The position numbers and the translations under genes were made by a program. A DNA stretch of 64,000 nt from an uncultured cyanobacterium (GTDB lineage Bacteria > Cyanobacteriota > Cyanobacteriia > Cyanobacteriales > CAWCAG01): positions 576,001 to 640,000 of the forward strand of contig CAWDOD010000002.1 in NCBI GenBank assembly GCA_963803805.1, read 5' to 3'. Below are positions 41,962 through 53,198 of this stretch, one piece after another. The first letter of the stretch is position 1. Each line of letters starts with the position of its first letter. The notes under the pieces were generated by a model. The model did not search any database and was not told where the DNA came from. It was given only the letters and a program-made list of their open reading frames with translations.

Positions 41962-42432
41962 ATGAACGATCTTCAAGAGAACATATCCCAAGCCGAAGAA
42001 ATCTGTGAGCAGTTACGCAATAAAAAGCTACTTGTTGTTAATCCTCGCCGCAAGAATGGCTTAATCATTTATAAAAAATACCATGCAGAGTTTGCAGGCC
42101 CCGGTGCAGTAGCAGGTAGTTCATTTGATTTAGATGTCAAATTGGTTATACCAGTAGGCAATCTCTCTTTAATAACCCCTAAAAATTCTCAAGAAAGACA
42201 AAGAGCATATTTAATTCGTCGTCAGTGGGTTAGATTAACTAAACAAATTACCGATTCTCCTGAGCCAAAACAAAGGGCTAAAATGGTGATTAATCAATTT
42301 GAACATTACTTTGGTTCGGAGATTGTTTGTACAATTCCCGATGAAGCCTTTGCAAGATTGGTAGGAGTTTTGCCTCAAACCGTAGCCCAGATGCGTGATG
42401 ATGAGGAAAGGAAAGGTTTGGTTTTGAGTTAG
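41962..42432 (+). CDS. Conserved cyanobacterial hypothetical protein with possible C-terminal Crp-like HTH
   Basis: HAEFAGPGA, RRQW, IPDEAFARLVGVLPQTV. Confidence 0.7.
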   Translation: MNDLQENISQAEEICEQLRNKKLLVVNPRRKNGLIIYKKYHAEFAGPGAVAGSSFDLDVKLVIPVGNLSLITPKNSQERQRAYLIRRQWVRLTKQITDSPEPKQRAKMVINQFEHYFGSEIVCTIPDEAFARLVGVLPQTVAQMRDDEERKGLVLS

Positions 42433-42447
42433 GGATTGATAGTAATG

Positions 42448-43554
42448 CTAATGACTAGTAGCTAATTCTTCATTAAACCGAGCAATAGTGCGATCATTTT
42501 CTTGTCTGCTACCGACTGTCACCCTTAATCCTCCTCCTGTGTGACGAATTAAAGTGCCTTTTCCTTTTAAGGTTTCCGTTAGTTGTTGTAAATTAGTTTT
42601 TGAGCGTAGGTAAAGAAAATTGCCTGAACTAGGCCAAACTTTTAGAGCAGGATTTTGGTGTAAAGCCTTATATAGCCTTTGTCTTTCTTGCAAGGTTTCA
42701 GGAATGGAAGCAAGGAGGAGATGGCGAAAATCTAAAGCAACTTGTGCCGCAGCTTGGGAAAAACTGGGTAAGTTGTAAGGAAGACGGACTTTTTCTAAGG
42801 CAATAATCATTTCTGGGTGGGCGATCGCATAACCAATTCGATGGGCAGCTAGGCGAAAGGCTTTGGAGAAGGTTCGCAAAATAATCCAGTTGGGATGGCT
42901 GATTAATTCTTCTACTAATGAAGTTTGACTAAATTCAAAATAAGCTTCGTCAATAACTACTAAAATATTTTCGGGGAGGTTGCGTAGCCAAGTTATTTCT
43001 TCTGGGGTAAGGGGATTAGCCGTAGGAGAGTTAGGATGAACCATAAAAACCACTCGAATGGGAGGATTTTGGGTTTCTTTGATGGCTTCTTGCCCTTGGT
43101 TAAGATTTAGGGCAAAATCATTTACACATCGCTCTACACTAACTACAGGAATTCCCAAAGTTTTAGCTAAGATTCCGTACATAGAAAAAGTTGGGTTAGC
43201 AACTAAGATTGCTCCTTCTCCTCCTAAACAGGTTGCAATTAGGACTGAACGAATTAATTCATCTGAACCATTACCAACAGAAATATTTTGCGGTATAATC
43301 GCCTCTTCTAATGCTGAAGACTCATTAACATAGGCAGCAATTTTTTGTTTTAATAGCCAATGGCTGCCATCAGGGTAACGATTTGTTTTGATTACCTGTT
43401 GATAAACTGAAGTGAGTTTGTCTTTTAATTCTGAAGGCAAATCAAAGGGACTTTCGTTAGTATCTAGTTGGTCTAAGGGAAGATCAATTTTCCCTCCAGG
43501 ATGAGCTTTGTAAGCTTGAAGTTGATTAAGGTCGGAACGGATAAAAGGAAACAT
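42448..43554 (-). CDS. hisC: Histidinol-phosphate aminotransferase
   Basis: [41 protein letters not shown]. Confidence 0.93.
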   Translation of the reverse strand: MFPFIRSDLNQLQAYKAHPGGKIDLPLDQLDTNESPFDLPSELKDKLTSVYQQVIKTNRYPDGSHWLLKQKIAAYVNESSALEEAIIPQNISVGNGSDELIRSVLIATCLGGEGAILVANPTFSMYGILAKTLGIPVVSVERCVNDFALNLNQGQEAIKETQNPPIRVVFMVHPNSPTANPLTPEEITWLRNLPENILVVIDEAYFEFSQTSLVEELISHPNWIILRTFSKAFRLAAHRIGYAIAHPEMIIALEKVRLPYNLPSFSQAAAQVALDFRHLLLASIPETLQERQRLYKALHQNPALKVWPSSGNFLYLRSKTNLQQLTETLKGKGTLIRHTGGGLRVTVGSRQENDRTIARFNEELATSH

Positions 43555-43668
43555 CTAAAATATGCTAAAGGCTAATGGCTATTGGAACAAGTTGAGCAAA
43601 AGCACAATTTTTCAAGCCCTTGTACTGGGGGAGAAGAGAAAGGTGAAGGGGGCCGTTTTTACTGCTTC

Positions 43669-44547
43669 TTACGAAGGGTCGTTAGCACTACTAAAGTTAA
43701 CCAACTCCATATTACGACAAGTTCTTTTCAATAAGCCAGTTAACACTTTTCCTGGTCCAACTTCAACGGTTTTGGTAATACCTTGTTCTGGTAATTTAAG
43801 CATAATTTCTTGCCAACGTACAGAACCAGTCATTTGTTTAACTAAACGCTCTTTTAATTCTTTTCCTTTAACAGTAGGACTTGGTTCAACATTAGAAAGT
43901 ACAGGAACTTTTGCCTCGGCAAAATTAACGGTTTCTAATACTTCTTGAAACTCTTTTGCTGCTGTTGCCATTAATGGAGAGTGAAAAGCACCGGATACTT
44001 TCAAGGGTACTGCACGCTTACTCTTAACTTGGGATACTATTTCATCAACAACTTCCGGTACACCGGAAATCACTACTTGGGCGGCACTGTTATCATTCGC
44101 AATAACCACATCAGCATTTTCTGCTATCTTGGCTTCTAACTCTTGACGATCAAAGCCAATTAAAGCTACCATCTTACCCCCGGAAGCGTTATCCATCAAT
44201 TCAGCACGGCGTTTAACCAAGCTTAATCCTGAAGCAAAATCAAATACCTCAGCCGCATAAAGAGCAACATATTCTCCCAAGCTATGCCCCGCCACTAATT
44301 GAGGAATTTCTCCTGTTTCACGTCTCAAATCTACCAAAATAGATTCAATGGTATAAAGAGAAGGTTGAGTATAAAGAGTGCGAGAAAGTTTTTCTTCATC
44401 TCCTTGACACATTTGCAATACAGACCAACCCAAAATTTCCTCTGCTAAAGCAAACTTTTCTTTAGCTGCTGGCAAATCTTTTAAACTTGCCTCCATACCA
44501 ACACTTTGAGAACCTTGTCCTGGAAACACCCAAGCTATCTTACTCAT
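43669..44547 (-). CDS. fabD: Malonyl CoA-ACP transacylase
   Basis: FPGQGSQ, GHSLGEY, SGAFHS, EVGPG. Confidence 0.96.
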   Translation of the reverse strand: MSKIAWVFPGQGSQSVGMEASLKDLPAAKEKFALAEEILGWSVLQMCQGDEEKLSRTLYTQPSLYTIESILVDLRRETGEIPQLVAGHSLGEYVALYAAEVFDFASGLSLVKRRAELMDNASGGKMVALIGFDRQELEAKIAENADVVIANDNSAAQVVISGVPEVVDEIVSQVKSKRAVPLKVSGAFHSPLMATAAKEFQEVLETVNFAEAKVPVLSNVEPSPTVKGKELKERLVKQMTGSVRWQEIMLKLPEQGITKTVEVGPGKVLTGLLKRTCRNMELVNFSSANDPS

Positions 44548-44980
44548 TTACCTATTACTTGCTAGATTGGCATATCTAAAAATCATATATTAGGGCCGGT
44601 TGATTTTATTTAATGATTGGTAGCACAATTCTAAATTAAGACCCACCCCTACAGACACATTCTCTCACAGCTTGATGAATTGCTCTTCATTCCTGCTGAA
44701 AGTTTTTCATTAATAATTTCGGTAGAACCGAACTTAGGATTTATAATCAACAATTAAAGGTTCTATCGAACTGAGAATGTAAACTCAATAATTAAAATGC
44801 TAATTCAAGAAGCTTTTCTTTGAGAAGCTTGCCACATTAATTACTAATTGTTGACCACAACTTAATTGTTTGCTAACTTAGTTAAACTAAAAAATACTAC
44901 CCTTTCCCCGTCAATTGAAAATTGACATACCCCTAGCTTATTAGCAAGAAAAAGGTGCATTTATACCTTGAGATAGAGAA

Positions 44981-46873
44981 ATGAGTCCTGATAATCTGCC
45001 ATTTGACGGTGCTACAGTTGAAGATAATTCTACTTTTAATCAAAATAAAGTCACTCCAGCAAAATTAGACCAAGCTCAAAAATATATTTATCAGTTTTTT
45101 CGTGATTCGGTCAACCATGATCTTCCTGAAAACACGCTGCAATATTTTGAGGATTTATTCTTTTGGGGAGACAGGGAAAAAACCACTGACTTAACCTTAA
45201 TAGCCTCCTTACGAGAGATTATTTTTAATGCTTATAACAAAGAAGAGTTTATCAACACACTCAAGCGTGTTTGCTACATCATTGTTAACAACTGGAATAT
45301 CAATCAGAAACATCAATGTTTGCAACAGCTAATTCAGCTTTTTGAAGAATTAAAATCTTTACCTGCACCCCGTTCTTCTAGTCAGAACTTATTGAGAGTT
45401 TGGTTAAGCGAGTTTGTCAAAACGGATAGTTATCAAGAACTAAAAATGTTCACTGCCAATCATAGCTCTCATTGGCTAAAACATTATACTGCTCATTTAT
45501 TAGCTCCTCAATACCTCGATATTAATAAGTCCCAAGAACAAAGAGAAGCTGCGAAGAATTTAGCTATTACTTTAAAAAATAAATTCAATTTAGAACTGTC
45601 TCGCTATGCAACTCGTTTTCATGATCATACTCAGACTGATTTAAGTGAAAAAGATGCTAGAAAAAATAGACTACTCAAAAAACTCTTCAAAACTAAAGCT
45701 AAATTTAGTTATGAAAATCATGCTCGTATTTTCTTAAAACAAACCCAAGATTTAACTTATTATAATTTTAAGCAAGCTCTGAAAAGATACCTCAAATTTT
45801 CCCTAAAGAAAGGAGAATCAGGGGGGATTTTAGAGGAAAAGATTGCAAATTGTTTAGACTGGCTTTATGAGGGACGCGATTCTGACCCTTTGAATTCTCA
45901 GTTATTGCTGCGTACTTGCAAAAAATTAGTTGCTCTTTTGATGACAGAAGATGGAGAACAACCTTCCTATCTTTTTGCCTTGCTAATGATTCAAAATGGC
46001 AGCATGGCTGTAACTGTTACTCTATTAAAAATTGTCCTAATCTGCCAACAAGTCCAAAATGCTATTGAGCTTAATATTGCTACTTTAATCAAATACCACG
46101 AATACCTCCCGGAAGAAGAATGTCAAAGTTTTATTTATTTCCTCGAAACCTTTGAGCTTATTTTTGCTATTTATGCTGAAAATATTGAATATAACTTAGT
46201 TAAAACTAACAACGAAAAGAATAGTTATCGTATCTTTCCCCAACTAAAAGGTAGGGATTATCGTAAAGCTGATTTAAGGGAAAAGAATTTTCGCAACGCT
46301 GATTTAAGATTAGGTAAACTAAGCGAAGCTAACTTAAGTTTTGCTCAACTTGATGGCGCTCAATTAACTATTGCCCGTTTGCACAAAACTGATTTAAGTT
46401 CTGCTAAACTTAACGGTGCAGATTTACGCCGCGCTGAACTTGACCAAGCTAATCTCAGCTATGCTCAACTAAACAATGCAAAACTGCGTCGTGCCACCCT
46501 CTTAAATACAAATTTGCACCATGCTGATTTGAACAATGCCAGCTTAGATACTGCGGATTTAAGTAAGGCAGATTTAAGCAATGCAGATTTGCGGGGTGCA
46601 GATTTAAGCCATGCTAATTTCAGCAATGCCAACCTTGAAGGTGCTAATTTAGAAAATGCTCTCCTATACAAAACCAAGCTACACTATGCCAATCTTAAGG
46701 GGGCGAACCTAGAAGGAGCAAAGTTCAAAAAAGCTAGTCTCATCGGTGCAAACTTAGCTGAAGCTAACCTGAAAAATGCGATTTTTGATGAAGTGAATTT
46801 AAGCGGTACAAATCTTTGCGATACGAATCTCAGTTTAGCTAAGGTTAAGAATTCCCATTTTCGAGAAAGCTAG
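44981..46873 (+). CDS. Pentapeptide-repeat protein with large helical N-terminal domain
   Basis: A(D/N)Lxx repeats over the C-terminal ~200 aa. Confidence 0.88.
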   Translation: MSPDNLPFDGATVEDNSTFNQNKVTPAKLDQAQKYIYQFFRDSVNHDLPENTLQYFEDLFFWGDREKTTDLTLIASLREIIFNAYNKEEFINTLKRVCYIIVNNWNINQKHQCLQQLIQLFEELKSLPAPRSSSQNLLRVWLSEFVKTDSYQELKMFTANHSSHWLKHYTAHLLAPQYLDINKSQEQREAAKNLAITLKNKFNLELSRYATRFHDHTQTDLSEKDARKNRLLKKLFKTKAKFSYENHARIFLKQTQDLTYYNFKQALKRYLKFSLKKGESGGILEEKIANCLDWLYEGRDSDPLNSQLLLRTCKKLVALLMTEDGEQPSYLFALLMIQNGSMAVTVTLLKIVLICQQVQNAIELNIATLIKYHEYLPEEECQSFIYFLETFELIFAIYAENIEYNLVKTNNEKNSYRIFPQLKGRDYRKADLREKNFRNADLRLGKLSEANLSFAQLDGAQLTIARLHKTDLSSAKLNGADLRRAELDQANLSYAQLNNAKLRRATLLNTNLHHADLNNASLDTADLSKADLSNADLRGADLSHANFSNANLEGANLENALLYKTKLHYANLKGANLEGAKFKKASLIGANLAEANLKNAIFDEVNLSGTNLCDTNLSLAKVKNSHFRES

Positions 46874-46979
46874 GAAATAATAGAAACTAAAAGTTGATTA
46901 GTCAGGTAAAGGGAAAAGGTAATACCAGTAACTTTTCCCTTTCAAGGGTATCTCTACTTATGATTAAAGAAAAACGGTA

Positions 46980-47852
46980 TTATTTGGTTAAAGCAGACTT
47001 ACGTAACTTACGACCACGAAGCCAAGGAAATGCTCCCACCATTAATATACTGAAAAGAGAAGATGGTTCGGGAACTCTTTCTAGTGCTTGGGGTTCGCTG
47101 AAAATAAAATCATCCAAAGCAACCAAGTCAACACCATTACCGTCAAAAGTATCTGCCCCTAAAGCAGCATTACCAGAAGTTATTCTGACCCGTGAAACAA
47201 GGGAATCATCAAAAGTTACACCTAAGAAAGAGAAACTTTCATTCCTGTCGGCAACAGCTTCGACAAAGTTAGTTTGAATTAAATCACCTTGAACGTCGAA
47301 AAATTCCATCTTGCTGGTTTGGGCTAGATCCACATCGCTAAAAACTGCACCGAAGCTACTAACAGTGGCAGCAGTATCTGTACCAGGGACAAAAAAGAGA
47401 ACATCAAGGATATTACTATCTTTGGCAATAAAGAGTTTTTCTGCACTAAAAGCTTCAAAAACTTCTGTATAAGTGGGGTTGATATTACCGAAGTCTTCAA
47501 TAGGATCGTTGTTGTTGGGGTCACCATCTGCACCGCTAATCTGGAAACCAGAACCAGGGGTTTCATAAACTGTACCACGGGGTACAACGGCGTTGAAAAA
47601 GTCCCCAGGCATATCAAAAGGGTTAGCAGGGGCTAACTGCCCATCCCAATCAATTTGACGACGGCCTCCCTCTACAAGACCGATTTGGTTGCCGTTATTT
47701 GGTTCCCCTGATGCTGTACGAAAAGCATCTACAGTCCCTTGAATAGAACCAGTATTTTCCCCTGAAGCAGAAAATACTGCTGCTTCAGCAATGTTTGGGG
47801 CAACAATTAAAGCTGTTAAGGCTAAGGTAATACTAGAATAAAGTTTATTCAT
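46980..47852 (-). CDS. PEP-CTERM protein
   Basis: AGGAGA RBS before MNKLY; signal peptide; RRQIDWDG; VPEP-TM-basic tail. Confidence 0.9.
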   Translation of the reverse strand: MNKLYSSITLALTALIVAPNIAEAAVFSASGENTGSIQGTVDAFRTASGEPNNGNQIGLVEGGRRQIDWDGQLAPANPFDMPGDFFNAVVPRGTVYETPGSGFQISGADGDPNNNDPIEDFGNINPTYTEVFEAFSAEKLFIAKDSNILDVLFFVPGTDTAATVSSFGAVFSDVDLAQTSKMEFFDVQGDLIQTNFVEAVADRNESFSFLGVTFDDSLVSRVRITSGNAALGADTFDGNGVDLVALDDFIFSEPQALERVPEPSSLFSILMVGAFPWLRGRKLRKSALTK

Positions 47853-48047
47853 GATGATGCTTTCTCCTGAAAGTTTGGTTAGTTCTAGAGGATTTCTAAG
47901 TTGGTTTCGTGTTGTGCTGATATTCAACTTAGAAAGCAATCGGGAAGAACTAGAGAAGCAACTTTTCATTTATCATTGAACATTTATCAGGTTGGGTAAA
48001 TGGATGACAGCTTGTCATAATTACTGTATGTACGCAAGTTTAAGTTG

Positions 48048-48650
48048 ATGCAAAAAAGTTTAGTTTTGCCTGTTTTGGAGACGAAAAGAACAATTCTTCG
48101 TTTAGCTTGCCAGGATGATCTAGAGGAGATTATTAGTTATTATCAAAGAAATAAAAAGCATCTTGAACCCTTTGAGCCAATTAGGAATGATCATTTTTAT
48201 ACGATAAGTTATTGGTCATCTGAAGTAAGCGATCGCCTACAAGATTTTCGCGAAGATCGTTCTCTCAAACTCTTTCTTTTTTTTAAAAACAATCCTCAAG
48301 AAATTATTGGTTCAATTAACTTTGGTAACTTTATTCGTGGTGTTTTTCAATCTTGTACTTTGGGTTATAGTCTCGCCGAAAAGTTTCAAGGCCAAGGTTT
48401 AATGACTAAAGCTCTTGAAGTAGCGATAAAATATGTATTCAAGGAAGTAAACTTACACCGCATCATGGCAGTTTATCTTCCTCATAACCAAAGTAGTGGC
48501 AGGCTTTTAAAACGGCTAGGTTTTATGGTAGAAGGCTATATGTACGACTATTTAATGATTAATGGACAGTGGCAAGATCACATCTTTACGAGCTTGCTAA
48601 ATCCTCATTGGCAATCTAAAATAAACAATCTGCCACTGGAGAACAGATAA
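48048..48650 (+). CDS. rimJ: RimJ-type GNAT N-acetyltransferase
   Basis: LETKRTILR, IRGVFQSCTLGY, LHRIMA, INGQWQDH. Confidence 0.82.
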   Translation: MQKSLVLPVLETKRTILRLACQDDLEEIISYYQRNKKHLEPFEPIRNDHFYTISYWSSEVSDRLQDFREDRSLKLFLFFKNNPQEIIGSINFGNFIRGVFQSCTLGYSLAEKFQGQGLMTKALEVAIKYVFKEVNLHRIMAVYLPHNQSSGRLLKRLGFMVEGYMYDYLMINGQWQDHIFTSLLNPHWQSKINNLPLENR

Positions 48651-48657
48651 TTTCTTT

Positions 48658-49242
48658 ATGGGTCGAACGCGCACTATTACTAATGAACAAATTTTAGAAG
48701 CTGCACGGGAAGTTTTTCTGCAAGAAGGTTTTGGTGGTTCTACCGTAGAAATTGCTAAACGCGCAGGTATATCAGAAGGCTCGATTTTTAAACGCTTTAC
48801 TACCAAAGAAACACTTTTTTTTGCAGCTTTAGGAATTTCAGAAGCCCCCGACTGGGTGAAAGATTTACAAAACCTGGTGGGGGAAGGAGATTTAAAAGAG
48901 AATTTGATTTGTGTTTCCCTACAAATTGTGGAATTTTTGCGTGATCTTGTACCGAGATTAACAATGCTGTGTTCTAAAGGGGATTTACACAAAATTCTCG
49001 GCTGTAATGAATCTCCGTTAGTTAGAGATATTCGCGTTTTAACTAAGTTTTTTGAGCAAGAAATAGCATTAGGCAGGCTTCATAGTTGTAACCCAGCGAT
49101 TGCAGCCCGTACTCTGTTAGGTTCCTTGATGAATTACGTTCACTTAGAATATATGGGACAGCCTCCAGAAATGTCTCTCCCTACAGCAGTTTATGTCAAA
49201 GGTTTGGTAGAGTTACTTTGGCAAGGAATGAGTAATAAGTAA
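48658..49242 (+). CDS. TetR/AcrR family regulator
   Basis: ILEAAREVF..EGF...STVEIAKRAGISEGSIFKRF.TKE. Confidence 0.92.
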   Translation: MGRTRTITNEQILEAAREVFLQEGFGGSTVEIAKRAGISEGSIFKRFTTKETLFFAALGISEAPDWVKDLQNLVGEGDLKENLICVSLQIVEFLRDLVPRLTMLCSKGDLHKILGCNESPLVRDIRVLTKFFEQEIALGRLHSCNPAIAARTLLGSLMNYVHLEYMGQPPEMSLPTAVYVKGLVELLWQGMSNK

Positions 49243-49257
49243 CAACTAAAAAAAACT

Positions 49258-49533
49258 ATGTCTAAATATGTCATGTGGGGTAGCTACTGCGATAACGTTT
49301 TAGAGTTGCGATCGCCCTATCGTCAAGAACATCTCGATGGTATAAAAGCCCAATATGAAACTGGTACATTGCTAACTCTGGGCCCCACGAAAGATACAAC
49401 TAAAGTTTTTGGTATTTACGAAGCAGAGGATGAAGCTACCGTACGCCAGTTAGTGGAAGGAGATCCTTACTGGAAAAATGGTATTTGGACAGATTATGAG
49501 GTTAAGGAGTGGATTCAAGTTTTTCCTGCTTAA
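49258..49533 (+). CDS. YciI family protein
   Basis: RSPYRQEHL, GPT, DPYWKNG. Confidence 0.88.
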   Translation: MSKYVMWGSYCDNVLELRSPYRQEHLDGIKAQYETGTLLTLGPTKDTTKVFGIYEAEDEATVRQLVEGDPYWKNGIWTDYEVKEWIQVFPA

Positions 49534-49570
49534 GAGAAAGAGTTTTCACTCTAGCTATCACTAACAGCCC

Positions 49571-50044
49571 ATGAAATCAAAACACCTACTCAAGAAGTTT
49601 CTGTACTCAAAAGTTTTGTTAGGTTTAGTAGTGCTTCTGGTTTTGTCTGGATATAGCTGGAATAGTAACGGCGCTGCTACACGTGAGGAGGTAATAGAGG
49701 AGTACCTTAATGCTTTAAAAGATAAGAACGAAGAGTCAATCCTTCAATTAGTACCAAAATCTTACACTGCTGAACAAGCAGCGAAGAAGAAAATTACTCA
49801 ACTAGGAGGATATAATCTTAATGTTAATCAAATCAGTTACTTAAAGCTTAAACCGCACCTCTTTGTTGCCACGATTCAAGGCTCTTATTTGACTCCGAAC
49901 AGAGAACAAAAAAGATTTACTGAAGAAGTCAATCTTGTTGACAAACCAGGTTCATTTTTAGTTTTTTATAAAGGCAACTGGCATTTAAGTATCGGCAAAG
50001 GGAATCTTCCCCCACCATCAGTCCAAGCAGCCCAGCCTTTCTAG
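49571..50044 (+). CDS. Hypothetical exported/membrane-anchored protein
   Basis: N-terminal hydrophobic helix; EEVIEEYLNAL start suggests an NTF2-like fold (inference). Confidence 0.6.
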   Translation: MKSKHLLKKFLYSKVLLGLVVLLVLSGYSWNSNGAATREEVIEEYLNALKDKNEESILQLVPKSYTAEQAAKKKITQLGGYNLNVNQISYLKLKPHLFVATIQGSYLTPNREQKRFTEEVNLVDKPGSFLVFYKGNWHLSIGKGNLPPPSVQAAQPF

Positions 50045-50064
50045 GATTGCTACAATAGCTCTTA

Positions 50065-50928
50065 TCAGCTTAGAAACTCTCTTACTTTATGAAGATAGGT
50101 TTCTTTATCTTCCAACATCGGAAAGTGGGCAGTAGCCGGAATTTCAAAATATTCGATGTTATCACTTAAAGCGGCAGCTTGCTTACCCATCACTGCCGGG
50201 ATAATAATGTCCTTTTCCCCCGCTACTAACAAAGTTGGTACTTGTAGCTTGGCAAATTCCTGCGGCATTACTTCTACCGCTTTCTTGCACACAGAAGTAT
50301 AAATTGTATTCAATGCCGCAGCATAATCTGCTAATAAAAAATCTTCTAAAAAAGCTTGGCTTATTTCTCTAGGCAAAGGACGATGCAAAAACCTTGCCAT
50401 AAAAAGTTTGTCAGCTAAAGGAAATTTCAAAAACCAGTTGTAGCGAAATTTCACCACATAACCGCCAAACTTATGAAAGGCAGCAAAAGCTCTTTTGTTA
50501 TATTCAAAAATACCACTACAAGTAAGAATCGCTTTTTCCACCAGATTAGGATAGCGGTTGAGAAATACTGTAGCTATGGATGCCCCCATAGAATGGGCAT
50601 TGAGATAAACTTTATTTAAACCCAAACCATCTAACAAAGCAGCTAAATCATCAGCATAGTCCTCCATGTCATAATGCAGTGGAATAGAATTTGGCTCTAA
50701 TTCCACTTGAGGAAGCCTGCTACGCCCAAAGCCTCGCAGATCATATAACAAACAGTCAAACTTATCTGCCAGGGCTTCAGCCGTATTCTGCCAATACCTT
50801 GATGAACCGCCCCAACCATGAATAAAGATCATTACTGGCTTCTGCTGGCCAGTTTCTGGTTGCTTAACCCATTCGTAGTAATGCTCTACACCCCGAACAT
50901 TGATAGTTTGCCCCTGGTCTATAATCAT
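50065..50928 (-). CDS. Alpha/beta hydrolase
   Basis: IHGWGG, DLRGFGRS, AHSMGA, AHFPMLE. Confidence 0.92.
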   Translation of the reverse strand: MIIDQGQTINVRGVEHYYEWVKQPETGQQKPVMIFIHGWGGSSRYWQNTAEALADKFDCLLYDLRGFGRSRLPQVELEPNSIPLHYDMEDYADDLAALLDGLGLNKVYLNAHSMGASIATVFLNRYPNLVEKAILTCSGIFEYNKRAFAAFHKFGGYVVKFRYNWFLKFPLADKLFMARFLHRPLPREISQAFLEDFLLADYAAALNTIYTSVCKKAVEVMPQEFAKLQVPTLLVAGEKDIIIPAVMGKQAAALSDNIEYFEIPATAHFPMLEDKETYLHKVREFLS

Positions 50929-50943
50929 TGTTCAGTTGAGTAA

Positions 50944-52284
50944 TTAAGCTGACTCCGGCCTTGCTAAGGAAGAGGGATGAATCAGCAATTCGGCTGTAGA
51001 ACGCTTTTCCACCATTTCTTTAGTAATCATACAACGACGTACATCCTTACGGGAAGGTAACTCATACATCACCTCAAGCATCAATTCTTCAACAATACCC
51101 CGTAAAGCCCTGGCCCCAGTTTTACGACGATAGGCTTCTTTGGCGATCGCTCTTACTGCATCTGGCTTAAATTCTAGCTGTACGTTGTCCATCTTCAGCA
51201 GCTTTTTATACTGTTTAACCAGAGCGTTGCGGGGTTCGGTTAAGATAGCCATTAAGGCTTCTTCATCAAGGGGTTCCAGGACTGCTGCTACGGGTATACG
51301 CCCCACAAATTCAGGAATCATACCAAACTTAACAAGATCGTCCGGCTCTAACTCCTTAACGAGATCCGCCACTCGTTTTTCCCTCGACTGACTGTCCCCT
51401 GGGTTAACAAAACCCATTGACTTTTTGCCTACCCTTTGCTCTACTACTTTATCTAAGCCAACAAAAGCCCCACCACAAATAAACATAATGTTACTTGTAT
51501 CGATTTGGATACAATCTTGGTAGGGGTGTTTTCTGCCACCTTGGGGAGGTACATTGGCGATAGTACCTTCAAGCATTTTTAAAAGGGCTTGTTGTACTCC
51601 TTCTCCAGAAACATCTCTGGTGATAGAAGTGTTTTCACTCTTGCGGGCAATTTTATCAATTTCGTCGATGTAAATAATACCCCTTTGAGCTTCTTCTACA
51701 TCTAAATCAGCTACTTGTAACAGGCGCAAGAGAATATTTTCGACATCTTCTCCTACATAACCTGCTTCTGTTAATGTTGTAGCATCAGCGACAGCAAAGG
51801 GAACATCTAGAAATTTAGCTAAGGTTTGAGCTAGTAGGGTTTTACCACTACCAGTCGGACCAATTAACAGAATATTTGACTTTTGTAATTCTACTGGTTC
51901 CTCAGATCCTGTATTGCTACTTTTAGATTGGGCAAAACTCAATCTTTTGTAATGGTTGTAAACAGCAACAGAAAGCACCTTCTTGGCTTCGATTTGTCCA
52001 ATAACGTGTTCGTCTAAATAATTTTTTAGTTCCCTTGGTTTAGGAATTTGATTAAGATTGAGACGTTCTGATTGAGCGCGGCGCTTGGGTTGAGGTTCTT
52101 CTGGTCGGTTTACAGGTTGAGGAGTAGAAGCGACAGAATCTAACAACTCCTCATCTAAAATTTCGTTACACAGCTCAACACATTCATCACAAATATAAAC
52201 CCCAGGCCCAGCAATCAACTTGCGTACTTGCTCCTGGGACTTGCCGCAGAAAGAACATTTTAGATGGGAGTCGTACTTAGACAT
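50944..52284 (-). CDS. clpX: Clp protease ATPase ClpX
   Basis: CSFCGK zinc finger, [22 protein letters not shown]. Confidence 0.97.
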   Translation of the reverse strand: MSKYDSHLKCSFCGKSQEQVRKLIAGPGVYICDECVELCNEILDEELLDSVASTPQPVNRPEEPQPKRRAQSERLNLNQIPKPRELKNYLDEHVIGQIEAKKVLSVAVYNHYKRLSFAQSKSSNTGSEEPVELQKSNILLIGPTGSGKTLLAQTLAKFLDVPFAVADATTLTEAGYVGEDVENILLRLLQVADLDVEEAQRGIIYIDEIDKIARKSENTSITRDVSGEGVQQALLKMLEGTIANVPPQGGRKHPYQDCIQIDTSNIMFICGGAFVGLDKVVEQRVGKKSMGFVNPGDSQSREKRVADLVKELEPDDLVKFGMIPEFVGRIPVAAVLEPLDEEALMAILTEPRNALVKQYKKLLKMDNVQLEFKPDAVRAIAKEAYRRKTGARALRGIVEELMLEVMYELPSRKDVRRCMITKEMVEKRSTAELLIHPSSLARPESA

Positions 52285-52294
52285 AAGATGCCTC

Positions 52295-52981
52295 TTACTT
52301 AATAGGAGTGAGGGTAGCTTCAGGTTTTGCTAGTTCTTGCCTGGAGATAACTTGGTCGATCAGACCGTATTCTTTCGCCTCTTGGGAGGACATAAAAAAG
52401 TCTCGCTCTGTATCAGTAGCAATTTTCTCTAAAGCTTGACCTGTGTGACTAGCAAGCAACTCATTTAGCTCTTGTTTAACAAAAAGAATTTCTTTAGCTT
52501 GGATTTCAATATCAACAGCCTGTCCCTGAGCGCCTCCGAGGGGCTGGTGGATCATGATCCTCGCGTTGGGTAGAGCCATACGTTTGCCTTTAGCTCCTCC
52601 AGAGAGTAAAAATGCTCCCATGCTAGCAGCTAAACCAAAGCATATGGTAGCAACATCAGGACGAATTTGCTGCATGGTGTCATAAATCGCCATACCAGCA
52701 TAGACGGAACCGCCGGGAGAGTTGACATAGATTTGAATATCTTTATCAGGATCTTCAGCATCAAGAAATAGCAACTGGGCAACAATTGAGTCTGCTACAG
52801 AGTCATCTATGGCGCTACCTAAGAAGATAATCCTTTCCCTGAGCAATCGTGAGTAAATATCAAAGGCCCGTTCTCCCATCCCTGATTGTTCTACAACCAT
52901 GGGGACAACACTACTGGTTGAGTATATTCCTGGGGAACGATGAGCGCTAATCTGCTGGTTAGTGAGGCATGATTGAATCAT
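52295..52981 (-). CDS. clpP: Clp protease proteolytic subunit
   Basis: [32 protein letters not shown]. Confidence 0.96.
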   Translation of the reverse strand: MIQSCLTNQQISAHRSPGIYSTSSVVPMVVEQSGMGERAFDIYSRLLRERIIFLGSAIDDSVADSIVAQLLFLDAEDPDKDIQIYVNSPGGSVYAGMAIYDTMQQIRPDVATICFGLAASMGAFLLSGGAKGKRMALPNARIMIHQPLGGAQGQAVDIEIQAKEILFVKQELNELLASHTGQALEKIATDTERDFFMSSQEAKEYGLIDQVISRQELAKPEATLTPIK

Positions 52982-53198
52982 AGAAATAAAAATTTTTGGC
53001 AAAGCATAGATTTTCAGTGCAGTTAAGTTTTTTGGGAAAACTCTCAGCGCACTAGCTAAAATTCTCTCCTCTTGGGATCATTATGCCTTAATTTTTTACT
53101 AATGGGGTTGCTTAGATTGTTACTTAGGTAGAGGCAACCAACCTTTAAAGTTTCTAAATTAGCCATAGTCCCGATTAGATTACTCTTAACTTTTCTAG

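Noticed and set aside
43562-43948. 128-aa plus-strand ORF
   Set aside because: Mostly antisense to fabD; no recognisable features.
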